Source: Monocercomonoides exilis PA203
Taxonomy: Eukaryota > Protista > Preaxostyla
DNA length: 64,000 nt
Direction: 5' to 3'
Assembly (NCBI GenBank): GCA_001643675.2
Contig: LSRY02000014.1
Location: forward strand, 806,001-870,000
Shown: positions 1-12,497 of the stretch, in pieces
Layout of the letters: each line of letters opens with the position of its first letter
Numbering within the stretch: the stretch's first letter is position 1
The notes under the pieces: generated by a model
Told to the model about the DNA's origin: nothing
Database searches by the model: none
Seen by the model: the letters and a program-made list of their open reading frames with translations, nothing else
Made by a program: the position numbers and the translations under genes

Positions 1-685
1 TTCGGTCATATCGTCAAATGACTTAACAAACTCATCATTTCGATCATGAAGTTCAGATGGATCAAATCCTTGGGGCCACTTGCAAAACAGGTAGTCGGAC
101 CATCCCTTCATCGTTTCGATATCTTTATGCGCTAACTTTTCATGTTCGCCAAGTGTTGAATCAAACCATGAAAATAAAGGAACAATCCACAGTCCATCAA
201 TTTCTTCTGGATTTGTTTTCACTCCAATTTCTTTGCACATTTCCAATATTTTATCGAGCTTTAAAAAAAAAATCATAACAATGTTATAAAATAATGATTG
301 ATTGTTACACCTTCGTTAAAGAATCCATCTCTTCCGATGGTTTTACCCAAACGTCATGATTTCCGGGGGTATAAAACACATGTCTATTTAAAAAATTAAA
401 TATATATTCAATCATATTTTCATGCAGGTTAAAAAAATTCGCAAATTGTAGCACACTTAAACATTCCGCATAACATCACCAAACACCGCTTAATTTGTTC
501 AAAATCCTGTGAGATATCTCCTGCGACGATCTAAAGTTGACAAAAACGAAAAAGTAACTCTGTAAAGCTTGGTAAAAAAAATATCAAACGAGGATATCTT
601 TCTCGTGTTCACTCAAACGTGAAAGCCATGTCCAATTCGCTTCATAATTTATGTGAAGATCAGAAAGCAGAAACACTTTAGTCAT
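1..685 (-). CDS. Calcineurin-like metallophosphoesterase (3' end runs off the window; at least 3 introns)
   Basis: Spliced translation MTKVFLLSDLH...DIL/IVAGDIS...K/HVFYTPGNHDVW...WIVPLFSWFD carries the DxH, GD and GNHD metal-binding motifs. ATG at 685; first intron 531-589 (GTTTGA..TAG). Confidence 0.85.
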
Positions 686-943
686 ATGTGACAATGGGGC
701 AGAGCTGGAGGATGGTCCTCCAAAAAAACAAATAATGATCAGAATGATACATAATTTCATAAAAATGTGTAACTCTTTAATATTCAGAATTGAAAAATGA
801 ATTGTAATTTTAACAAAATCTAACCACTTTACAGAGATATTCGATGTGGAGTGAAATGATTTTAAAAATCGTTGCGTTATCATCTGAATAATATTTTATA
901 TCTTCTCGTATTTTTAATTTTTTGAATATTCAAATAATGATGT

Positions 944-1894
944 TTATTCTTCAACAATTTCTTTTAAAATATCGATTAAATTGTTAACTCCAAATAGATA
1001 TCCATCATCTTCGTGCTCAACAATCGATCCTTCGGTTTTTTCGAAGACGTGCTGCAAATCTATCATTTTCACAATTGGTCGTTGAGGAATTCGCAAAGGC
1101 TCATCAATTAATTCTCCTTTCTGTGAATTTGGCAATCCATCAAATGCAATAAATAAGCTGCTTGAATAAAAATTGAATCTATGAGATAATTCTCCTGAAA
1201 GAAATCCAGAAAATGAAGATAATTGCGCTATAACATCCTGTATAACATCTTTTCGAATCTTTTCATATTCTTTTCGTTGTTGCATTTCTTCCTTTGAATA
1301 TTGGGGAATAACAGTTTGTTTTAAATGCGTTGAGGAAGAAGATTCAAGCGTCTTTGAAAAGGTGGAAAAAAATGTTCGGAAAGCATCTTTAATTTTGTCT
1401 TTTGTATTCAAATTTGCGCCAAATGATTTTGGAAATGAAACAAATTGCCCTAAAATAGGATCATATTTCTGGGGGAAATTTAAATAAATAAATATAAATC
1501 ATCAAGTTCAGACTTTCATTCCAACAATTCTCAAGCCAAGTGTAGCTCCAGTTGTAGATAATGATTTTTGGCTTTGTATCCGCTTTTTTTCTTCAGAGGC
1601 ATCGGGAGCAAAGGGTTTTGTTCCCATTTTAACATCCAATGCACAAGGAAATGTGTAATTTGCAACAAGATTTTCCATTTTTAAATATAGCTTTTCTCCA
1701 TGTTTTTGAGTCCCAAAAAAATGAGGAAGGAATGGAAGATAATCCTTGCAATTGCTTTGAAAAAATTCATAATTTCCAAGTTCTTGAGATATCGGAGGAA
1801 TATACTTAAGCAAAATACGTTTGTCATCTCCAACAAACATTGAATCGGGATGCCCACCAACTTGCGATGATAATTCAGTCAATTCTGATGCCAT
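944..1894 (-). CDS. Inositol polyphosphate kinase (IPK/IPMK/IP6K family), 2 exons
   Basis: Motifs QVGGH, PCALDVKMG (PxxxDxKxG), LGLRIVGMK, YSSSL, KMIDLQH (IDF-type) and DDGYLFG. A 45-nt GT-AG intron at 1469-1513 joins the two ORFs in frame. Confidence 0.9.
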
Positions 1895-2002
1895 AAATCA
1901 AAAATATAAAAATATAAGAGCTGCTCGCCAAAAATCAAAATCGTTGTTGGAATAAATAATTTGATGATCAAACAACCCAATAACATGATAATAAAGAAAT
2001 AA

Positions 2003-5000
2003 ATGAATTCAGAACGGGGGGATACATTGGTTGAAATTCTTGCAGACTCGTTGGTTCGAGAATATCTTAGTAGAAATAGCATGAAAATGACATTAAAGTA
2101 TTTTGAAGCAGAACGGCCTCGGACAAAATCATCTATTTCGACTCGAAAAGAACTGTGCGATGAACTTTCAATTACAAGAGAAATGAAGCAGAATAAAGTC
2201 AAACGTTTATTTTTTAAATTCCCCAATTTGTTTTATATGAATTTAAAAAATTCTTCTTTATGATTATTCATTGATTTAAAATATTAATTAGCACATCCTT
2301 TTTTGACAATTCTTGAAGTGTTATTGGAGACATTTCTTGTTAAAAGTTTGCAATCCGTTGAATTTTAATGTTTTTTACCCTTTATTTTGCTTGTCATTCA
2401 ATCATTGTGCAGGAACAGAATCACAAAATAATTTCTCTGTTAAACAATCTTCAGTTGACAAGAAATATAACTCGACATCTTCTCTAAGATCATCATCTCC
2501 GTCTCCGTCTGGTTATAGCTACAATACAAGTGAATCATCTCCTGCTCTCCGCCGTACTCCAAAACGACTTTCATCAACAAAAGTTCAGTCTTTTTCTCAA
2601 TCGCTTTCAATTACACCAACGCAAGTGTACTACTCCCAATCATCAAACGAAGAAGCTGATACAGCATCCATTGGAGTTACACAAGCATTACCTCCAATTT
2701 CTTCGATACCCAGTATAATGACAACTCCAAGACTTACAGCCACTTATGCTCCTTCCACTGATTCTGTTTCATCATCATTATCATATAAAAGTATGACAAG
2801 AAGAAATGATTTTGAACAAAAACTTCCTCTGAAAAAGACTGAGAAGAAAGGAAATAAAGGGAAAAAAACGAAAGATGAGCAAGGAACAAGAGAAACCACA
2901 TGTAGGAAAGTTAGAGAAATGAAAGAAAGCAGAAACGAAGAAAGTGATGAAGAAAGCAATGAAGAAGACGAAGAAGTGAGGCGGATTAGAGCGAAGCAAG
3001 CGACGTCAGCTCGGATTGCACTGAACAGTTCAGAAGACTTTGTCCAGCCGCCTCTGATTCCGTCTTATCCATCGTTTGCCGGTAGGCCGGATGATATTGA
3101 CAGCAGCAGCGAAGAGGCAGACAGAGAAATAGCTCAAATACGCCGCAATGCATCGTCACTGGGAGGAGCCAGAGGCAATGACAATCGTCTGGAAGCACGC
3201 TCGCAATATTGTGGAGGAGAGCACATGAGCGGGACACGAGAAGAAAGAGAAGGAGGCAAAGAGAAAGAGGCGAAATACTGTTCGGGAAATAGCGAGGAGG
3301 AAGGAAGAGAGAAAGAAAGATACCCAGATTCCGGTTCAGATTCATATGATGAAATGCTTCCGCCTAGAAACGAGTTAGGGAGAGGCTCCAGCAAAGCATT
3401 GATTATCACTCAGCTGCACTGGACAGACAGAACACCCACAGCAATGGGGAAGCGTATCAGAACAGGAAAGAAGAGGAAAAACGACAGGAAAAAGAAAAAT
3501 GCACATTCAAAAACAAATAAAGAGACAGAAGAAGATGAGAACCAACAACACGTGCCTGAAGCAAGCTCAAGTGATGAGAGTTCAGATGTTTATGAAGCAG
3601 ATGACGAAGATGACACAGACAGCAGAGCAAGCGAAGAGGAATACAAAAGCAGTCAAATGAAGAGCAGCAGCAAAGGAGCGCTTTCAAGTGACGAAAGCAG
3701 CGAAGGCGATAGCGCTGTTTGCAAGTCGAGTCTTTTGGAAGGAGGCCGAAAGATATTTCACAAGCCTCCTAAGGGAGTTCCCAATGAGCATATTGAGACA
3801 GCCCAGCAGATGCAGGCGAGTGGGAGAATGAGCTCGATGAAAAGGATAAGAGTGGGAAATGAGAGAGAGCGATGCAGCAGCGGAATTGGATTCTACAACG
3901 ACAACAGAAAGAGAGAAGAAGGGAACTTTGTAGAGGTTGATATGGATGATGATGATGACTATGGAGTCAATGATGAAAGATATGCATCATCGCTCTTCCA
4001 TCAGCCCGAGCTTGGACGAACAAGAAGCCATGATCTGTCTTTCATTGACCGGCAAAGTTCAACTGGAAGGCCGCCAACCTCTGCATCTCGTCTGGGCATA
4101 CGGACGATGTCTTCTCTCGGATTCAGCACATCTCCGACAGCAACATCAGCCACATCGTCGATGCTGCTGCCGGCGCACACACTGCAGCGCATCCAGCAGC
4201 TACTCTTTGGAAGAATCCGCTCAGCGTTTCCAGCGTCGTGGATGCAGGGCTTTGTATTTGACTCGCCAGATGGCCCGTACTCGTTCTGCCTGGTGCAGGA
4301 GACAGAAGGCGCATCGGATGTGATGGCAGCTGTCCAGGCACATCTCGTCTACTTCGCATTCCACGACGAAGAAGGCATCGAAGAAAGGATGAGCAAGACG
4401 AGGAAGCAGACTGGCGGGTTTTCGGTGCCTGACAATTTGTTAATTCCTTCACCTCAAGCCACTTCTCCTTCTTCCACTTCACCAGCTGCTATGACACTAT
4501 CATCACATCAAACTTCTTCATCCTCTCTTTCTTCTTCTTCTTCTTCTTCTGATTCACTTTCATCTTTCACCCATCCACATCACCAACCGGGATCTCCTCC
4601 CTTGTTTATGGCAAGCCATCAACCACAAGCACACTTCACTGAAGAAGAGCAGACCAACATGCTTGTTGTATCTTTGGCCTCCATTCTTTGGCGCTGCGGA
4701 AGAGAAGAAAGTGCTGTCGTTGTATCACTCACTGCTCCTTGTTCGCCTTCTGCCGGGTTTCCGTCGGCTGGGACAGTCAAAGCTACGAAGGTGGAGAGCA
4801 GAGACATGCTGAGGCGGGTGCTGGCTGCGACTGTGTTTTCATACAAAGGGCCGTGGGGAGTGTGTCTGCTGATGCTGTCAATAGTGCTGTCACATGGTGT
4901 GGACGAGGTGGAGAGAGAGATGCAGATGAGAGGGAGAGCTGGGAGAGGAGGCGGAGAGGAAGAGGAAGAGAGAGGAAGAGAAGAGGTGATGGCGCTTGTG

Positions 5001-5672
5001 ACTGGAGAAGAGAGGGCATCAGATGGGCTGATGGGGCTGATGCTTGTTGGAGAGGCATCGCTGGATGAGGAAGAAGGGCGAGCAGAGATTGGGATGATGA
5101 GTGTGAGGGAAGTTGACGGGGTGCATCTGCTTCCGCCGCCTCTGAAGTTCCCTTTCAACCCCATTTGGGTGTTGCAGATGGAGACACACTCAGGAATCCT
5201 CTTCTCCTACAAGCCAATTCACCTGCTGAATGTTTTGCATGCCAAAAGAGATGTCAGCTCGTACTCGATGATGTGCTCAATATACACCCCTTCGCTAGTC
5301 TTCTACAACACTCTCGTTCCGCTGAACACTTTCACATCATTTTCAATAGGTTTGCCTCATTTTTATGTTTCTTGGTGCTTTTTTTAATTTAAATATTTTT
5401 TTTTTACATTTTATATTTTTTGATTAATTTTTGATTGATGTTACTATCGACTGAAAATGCATTGTTTATCATAACTGATTGTTCAACTAACTTTGCTTTC
5501 TGGTTTTCTTCAACGAAATAATTCTCCAAATAATAACCTTTCTCGAACAGACATTTCATATCCTCCTTCTGTTTCTTCACCAACACCAGCTTCAACACCA
5601 AAGTCATCGCTCGAACGAGTTATTCTAACCACTTTTAAAGACGCCAAATTCCACTTCAATGATAAGCTTTGA
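2003..5672 (+). CDS. MINDY4/FAM188B-like deubiquitinase homolog, probably catalytically altered
   Basis: N-terminus SLVREYLSRNSMK..ERPR matches the MINDY4 N-terminal region. The C-terminal MINDY domain reads LLFG..WMQGF, LVQETEGASDVMAAVQ, PIWVLQMETHSGILFS and a final exon LERVILTTFK. Introns 2205-2291, 2346-2412 and 5350-5550 keep the frame; TGA at 5670-5672. Confidence 0.8.
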
Positions 5673-7945
5673 TCTATCTGACCAAATGAACACTTTGAAT
5701 TTTTTGTTATTTCTGTAAATTTTTTGAATTTTTTCGTTTAACTGTTTTTATTTTAAATGACTTTTCGTTCATCTCTGTTAACATTCTCTTTGTTCAATCC
5801 TTCATTCACTTTGTTTTAATGTTGTATGATGTTTGTTTGTTCATTTAAAGTTTTGGTGTTTTGCTTTCAAATGAGATTGATGAATCTTGTAACTATAAAG
5901 CGAACTGAAATTTGGAGTTAGTTTGAAATTAAGCTTGCTAATTAACTTATCATTTTGAATGTATTTTAATAATAAGCGATTTCCAATGAGAAAGTATTTA
6001 ATTATCAAAAGGAAAAGGAGACAAACAGAACGAAAAGATATTTTTTTGAATGAAAAATATCACTGTTTGTTTTTAAAATTTATATTTATGTTCCTATTTG
6101 TGGAGAAACGAACAGAATCTCAGCTAAAAGAGAGATAACATGATGTCATTCAGCAACTGAGTGCGATATGATTAAAATACTCCAAACTGAATCACGAACA
6201 AATTGACAAATCGTAATTGACAATTATATGAACAAGAATTGAAATTTCTTTCATCACAGACAATTCGAATAAAAAGACTTTCATATTTTCCAACAGTAAA
6301 GATGAGCAATTTTTAGGAACCGAAGGATTGTTAATGGTCTGGTAACAGTTGATTTGAGCCATATCATTCAGAGGCAATGAACGAATTGATAAGAAAGAAT
6401 ATCAAAATAATCTGAGCGAAAGTGGTTTCGTTGAACAGGAACTTTAAATGAAGAATTTGAAAGGAGAAAAGGAAAAGAGAGAAAAACAATGTATTTTTTT
6501 GGAAAAGCAGGGATTATTAGAAGATTACGAATGTGATAAAAACGAATTAGAGGGATAAAGGGGAAGGTTTTTTCAGTAAAAACCAACTAAAAGTTGTATT
6601 TTGTGAAAAATAGAGGGTTTTTAGACATCGTATGTCACTTGTTGAAATCAGAGATTGAAAATGAAAGCAGCGATGTATAACAACAAAACGCAAATAAGAC
6701 GCAAGGAAAAAAGCTCGAATAATGAAAATGAATTATATACAAAGATGGAAATGCATTGTTGTTATTTGTATTGGATGATGAAAAATAAATGAAAGAGGTT
6801 TCTTTGTTGCTAATTATTGGAATAATCAAGATTATGAAGAAAAGGAGTTAAAAAGAAAAATGAAAAAAGGAAAAAAGAAGAAATGAGAAAAGAAAAGAAA
6901 AGAAAAGACAGTTGACAGTTTTTGCTTCGTTTTTTAAAATGCAGCTGCTTTTTTAACAAATTTTTAGCTTCTATTTTCATGAGGCTTCCTTGCTTATTTT
7001 TGAAGTAATCTTTATTATCGTTGGCTATCCAAGCTTACAATCATATTTTCTCTTCGATTTCACGAAGTCACTTCATTTGTCCTCTCTTTTATTCCATGTT
7101 CTACGTCTATTGTTATCATTTCATCATTGCTTTCATCATTTTAATAAATGTCAAGATGTTATTTTTTTTTTCTTCTTCTTCTTCTCTTCCTTCTTCTTCT
7201 TCTTCTTCTTCTTTGAATTCTTTGAGTTCTTCTTCAAATTCTTCCATGTATATGAATATCTTCATCTTCCTCTTTCATATCAATGCAAATATTATCTTTT
7301 TCTTCAGACATATAAGGAAAAAACATCGTTTTATCTCAAATTGCATGATAGATTTCCCCTTCAGTTTCTTGTCACGAAGTTAAACAACATTTTTAATCAA
7401 TCTCTATGGATAAAACGTGCTTGGCACTCGATTCACTAATGAAATTGATTTCCATAACAAAATTTTTTGACAATCTCAACATGGGACAAAATAATTTTCT
7501 TTATGAACTTTGTTCCATTCTTCTCAAACAAATATTTTTCTCAGTTTTTGAATTTTTCTGGAATTATTTGCATTGTTACGGTTGATTGATAATGAAATGA
7601 TTGAAGAAAAAGTTTGTAACAAATCTCAGTTTTTTTCATAATTGGAAAAAATTTTCCCCATATTTAAAAATTGAAAATAAGCAGTTTATTTATTTAACGA
7701 ATGATGCAATATTTTTGTATGTTCGCTGAAAGATTCGCTGATTCCATTCACTTTTCTTTCGAAATGAATCTTATACAAATATTGGTTTACAAATGTATTT
7801 CTGTATTTTGGATGGAGCATTTGATAAAATTTGAAGTCGCAAAAACAATGCATCAGTGTTTTTCATTTTTTAATAAAATATCAAATATCTAACCCAATAT
7901 TTACTAAAAAATTTCGGTTGAATAGGTTAGATCACAAAGCGTTTC

Positions 7946-9320
7946 ATGAGCTTAAGGCCTTCAACAAAAAAACCGGTTGCATTACACAAAGTGGAGGTGA
8001 GTGTAGGAGAAGAAGAATATAGAGCAGCAAAGGCGTTACAAGCAGAATATGTTGACAATTTCGGAGCCTTTTTACTTGAGCAGGTTATATCCGAAACACC
8101 AGGAAACATCTTCATATCTCCATTGTCGGTACATACAGCCTTAATGATGACTTGTGCAGGCTCCGTTGATTCAACATTGGAGGTCATGCAAGAAGTGCTT
8201 CAGCTGAAAGGAATGCCTGAAAAAGAGTCTGTGTGTTGATGTACTTTTTTGTTTGGTATTTGTTTCTGCGTAACTACTGTTTGTTTTGATGTGTCGTGGA
8301 TTTGCTTGTGTGTGATTACAGTTTGAGGAGATAGCAAAAGGCATTCATGGTTTTGAAAAGGTTCACAAAATGCCTTATATTATGGCCAATTCACTTTGGA
8401 TAGATGGTTCATTATCGGTGAACAAGGAATATTTAACAATGTGTAGAGAATGTTTTGGAGGAACTGCTGAAGTCGTTTCGTTTTCTTCGAAATCGTGTGT
8501 TTTAAGCAATTATTAATTTGAAGCATGTGGTGTTATTACAAATAATATTTGTTATTTATTTCGCATTTTGCACAGTTCAATTGATAGAATTAATGATTGG
8601 GTAAAGACCAAAACAAAGGGACTCATAACCAAAATATTTGAAAGATTGGATTCTAGCATGAAGATGGTACTTTTGAATACAGTTTATTTCAAGGATGATT
8701 TTGCTATCCCATTTAAAGCGAAATTAACACGCAATTCCGAATTCCAATTGCTGAGTGGTGAGAAAAGTGATTGTAAAATGATGAAAATGACAGAGAATCT
8801 GCGCTATTACGCAACAACAGATACAGCGTTTGTATCATTAGGATTTGTAAACAACAATGTTAGAATGCTATTAATGCTTCCAACGGAAGAAGGGCAGGAA
8901 GCGCTGAATGTTTGTGCCATGAAATATCTTCGTGCAAGTGAGTTTAAAGAGATTACCCACCATTTGTCCTCGCAATTAGTAGAGCTTTATCTTCCTCACT
9001 TTCAGGTCGAGTTTTCGCTTTCGCTGAAACAATCATTGATTCGGATGGGAATGGGAGTTTGTTTTGGAGGTGATGCGAAATTTGCTAAGATTAGCTCCGA
9101 TCCGCTTTTAATCAGTGATGTTGTTCATAAAACCATTTTGAAGGTGAATGAAAAAGGGGTGGAGGCTGCAGCAGTAACTGCTGTTGCGATGGGGAGAGGA
9201 TTTGCTCTTTCTCATGAGATCAAGCATCCAATTCTTTTTTTGGTAAATCGTCCATTTGTCGTTGCGCTTTATGATAGAAGCTCAACAATTATTTTTTCTG
9301 GAATTGTAAAATCTGTATAG
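7946..9320 (+). CDS. Serpin (serine protease inhibitor), 3 exons, no obvious signal peptide
   Basis: Motifs NIFISPLSV, MANSLW, INDWVKTKTKGLI, LLNTVYFK, LPHF, hinge VNEKGVEAAAVT and VNRPF..IIFSG. Introns at 8231-8321 and 8495-8575. Confidence 0.95.
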
Positions 9321-10465
9321 TTTTATATGTTTCATTGTTTCAGTATTTGTTTTTCTTAATTTTAAAATATTGACCTTTTTTTTAAAAAGGTTTTTGAGTT
9401 TTTTTGAAATGTTTGTCTTTTTATTTTTTTTTTTTATGAATAGAAAAGACAAATATGGGGAAATAGATATGCTTTTTAATTCATTTGATAAATAGAATTT
9501 ATTTGATAAAAAGTGAAATATATTTTCTCTGTGATGTTGAAATTTTCTGAACAACAAGACAGTTGTATTTTATTGACTGCAAATTTTGGAGTTATTTTCA
9601 TTCAAAGAATCACTATCATATGATGTTGATAATCACTCAAAGTGTGAAACATTAAAAAATAAATAAATTTCTAAATTAATAAATTAAACAAAATAAAATA
9701 ATAACAAAAATAAAAAGATATATTTTTTGAAATTTTTTGTTTTTGATTTCAATTTTTATGAAAATTTTTATTTTTTGTTAATTTTTCAATAGATGTTTAA
9801 CGGAAAGAAGCTCACTTTTCGAGAAGCCAATGAAATTTTGGAAATGAATTATTCTTCATCGGAATCGTTTTTTGCATGTCAATATGAAACGACCTTTCTC
9901 GGTTTGAAACTGTCTTTTCGTAATAACATAATCTTTTTGATTCATTCAAACATTATTTCGGAATCAATTTTTTCTTTCTCAAAAGAAAATGTTTTTCTCA
10001 ATGAACGGAATAAAATTTTTAACTATGGGACCAATTAATTATTTATGAATCAAAAATAATTCATAAAAAAATTACATCGTTAGTTGTTGAAATAAGAAAT
10101 AAGAAGAAAATAATAATTATTTATCGATATTTGTAATTTAAAAAAAATTGAGTCAAATCAAGGCTGAAAAAAAACCTGTAAAAGTTGAAATAATAAGGAA
10201 AACCCGAGCAAACAAAAAATAAAAATGGTGAAAGAAAATTTTGTTTTCTTCATTGCTTTTTTCATTGGTAATGATTTCGAGAGTTAAAATTTTTGGTTAT
10301 TTCGAACGTTCGTTGCGCATATTCTCTGTTAACGAGGCACTTCGTATTTAATTAATTTTTTCTTTGAAAAAAGCATTCGATTCTGACTTTTTTTTCTTTT
10401 TGCTTTTCAATCCCTAATTGATTAAAAGTGATGGATTGCTTCTCAAATAAACCATCATTTTAACA

Positions 10466-11716
10466 CTAATCATATTCCTGAATATTTAGATTTGTAAGCC
10501 AAACTGCAATTTCGATATCAAACATTGCATCATCCAAGCCGTTTCTGTACCTGTTCACACATCGCTTCCACTGCCGCTTCATTCTTCCGAAAAACCATTC
10601 AACAGGAATCTGTATCTTTGCTAATCTTTCATAATATGGGTGATTATTTTTGAAATCATAACTTTTTTCGGAGTGTTGTTTTTTCAAAGGTTGTTTGTCA
10701 TTGAATTGAGATTTTATGTTTAAATGATAAATTCCATCAAAACCATTTCAAAATACAAATGTTTAAGATGAAATTTTGATGAAGATATTTTTAAATCGTA
10801 TTTTCACTTTTTAGTGTTCTGTTCTTAATATTTGAGTAAATTTTTCGAACCAAATATTTTGCATGAAAAAATATGATTTCAAAAATAATCACCCATATGT
10901 TATTTCTTCTATCGTTGAAGCATTTTTGATTAGTGCTATGACTTCTATTCCTTCAACAGCACCTTGATATCCTCTGTCTGTCATGACTTTCCAATGTTTA
11001 ATTCCAGCGTCCAATCCATATTTATCTCTTTCGTATTCTGATATTTGTGAATATTCTTTTCACAGCTGTAAGTCTCGTTTTAACAATGAGAAATCACGTA
11101 TGTGACCCTCTGCAACTTCTGAAGCAAACTATGCTTCAAAAGGATAACAAGCAGCAACTGCAACCTGGATTTTCAATCCATAAACTTTATGATTCCCTTC
11201 CCAGAGCAACTTCTGATTTTCAAAGCTGCTTGCCGGCTTGTCCGTATTTATTGACGTTGAATCAACTAGTAGTGCGATTGTTCCAAAAGAGTCGTCTGTA
11301 TCAGTATATTTAGGTCTTCTTTTCTCCATGTTCATTTTTCTCAATTCTTTTAACTGGAGTGGACGTATTTGAATTATTTCATCAGAAATTATGTGGTAAC
11401 TTCTGTTTAACCAAATCCCAATTCTCGTTTGTGTAGTTCCAGTGAAAAGCCATTCGAGTTCATAAATCATTTTGTCTGTAAGCGATAAAGATTCTTTTGG
11501 TCCTTTTCTCGGAGTGTGGCTAGTTTCGTTTTCAAGTTCGCAAATGATGCTGAATATTTGTTTTTCGGTCAATTTATATCTATCATTTGATTTTTGTTTG
11601 CGAAAGAAATCAAACAGCTGTCCTTCAGGCTCAGGATCTGATAACTCCATAATTTCAGTGTTCATATTTTTCTTATCAATTCTGTCTTTAATTGAACCAG
11701 CTTTTCGAAGAGCCAA
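10466..11716 (-). pseudogene. DDE transposase pseudogene of PIF/Harbinger-IS5 type (DDE_Tnp_4-like with N-terminal HTH)
   Basis: GPKESLSLTDKMIYELEWL HTH-like block; catalytic segments LVDST, YGLKIQ, GHIRD, MTDRGY and PVEWFFGRMKRQW. In-frame stops TAG 11129-11131 and TGA 11060-11062, plus a MITE insertion at 10638-10894. Confidence 0.85.
10638..10894. mobile_element. MITE family A copy 1 (257 bp), inserted in the transposase pseudogene
   Basis: Perfect 23-bp TIR GGGTGATTATTTTTGAAATCATA / TATGATTTCAAAAATAATCACCC, flanked by ATAT at 10634-10637 and 10895-10898. Confidence 0.92.
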
Positions 11717-12139
11717 ATCAAATATGTCGTTTGTTTCTTTTCTGTAAACATCAGATCATTAAAAATAATAAAAATAAAATTGAATAAAAACACTCATCCA
11801 TGTAGTGAAAGATGTCCACATTAACATTTTTACCACAAAAGTGGGAAGTCCATAATTATTATGCAACAAATAATGAAATAGTTTCTGACGTGACAAAACT
11901 TCAAGCAAAGTGTGAAACAAACTTTAAGGTGAAAAAACAAATGAATTTGAGTTCATCATAATATTTTTCCAATTTATTTGACACTATTTTATAAAAAAAT
12001 GATATTGAAGATGAAGAATCTGAGATAACAGAAAAGCTTAACCGAGAAAAGAAATTTCAAATTCCATCTCAAATTCCTTCGTGCAAAATCAAACCTAATA
12101 AAAATTTCAAAAGCCAAAATATTTTGATTCAAAATGTCT

Positions 12140-12497
12140 TTCAGCATCTTGTCAGGACGTTTAGAAAACTTGGTATGAAATGATTAATGATTCGCATTCA
12201 AAACACAAATTCCGAAGGGAGAAGATCTTTAATGTGGACAAATCATCATTGAGATAATCAGATGACATCTTCTTTCAATCAGCAACATCTTTAGAGTCTC
12301 CTTCGGCCCATTTCCTTGTTCCTTCGAGAGTGCGAAATGCCACACTTGTGGCTGTTGTAACCTCAGATGGTTTTTCTCTGCCTGCAATTGTTCTATGGCC
12401 GAGTTCCAATATTCAGGAAGAGTTAACTACATTCATTTCTCCTTCTCTTGATGTGTAGAGCAATGCTAACAGTTGGATAAACTTTATTTCATTTGAC
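12140..12497 (+). pseudogene. pogo/Tc1-mariner (DDE_1-like) transposase remnant
   Basis: One frame reads KTWYEMI..KIFNVDKSSL..NATLVAVVTSDGFSLPAIVLWP..SNANSWINFISF, matching the pogo IFNxDET, T..xDG..LP and N..GW motifs. Stops at 12162, 12255 and 12456. Confidence 0.65.

Noticed and set aside
7653-9463. 13-bp inverted repeat (TTTCCCCATATTT / AAATATGGGGAAA) flanking the serpin, suggesting a gene-carrying transposon
   Set aside because: It does not extend in either direction, has no TSD, and is plausible by chance in AT-rich DNA.
10638-10894. MITE acting as a spliced-out introner
   Set aside because: A GT lies near the TIR start, but there is no AG at the far end that would restore the frame, and the other two copies are intergenic.
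11060-11131. In-frame TAG/TGA in the transposase as evidence of a non-standard genetic code
   Set aside because: Conserved genes here end in TAA (IPK, NOP56), TAG (serpin) and TGA (eIF6, Raptor), and multi-kb ORFs are stop-free, so these are pseudogene lesions.
9638-11919. 14-bp direct repeat CAAAGTGTGAAACA bracketing the transposase
   Set aside because: No adjacent TIRs were found and the length does not fit this superfamily's TSD, so there is insufficient support for element ends.
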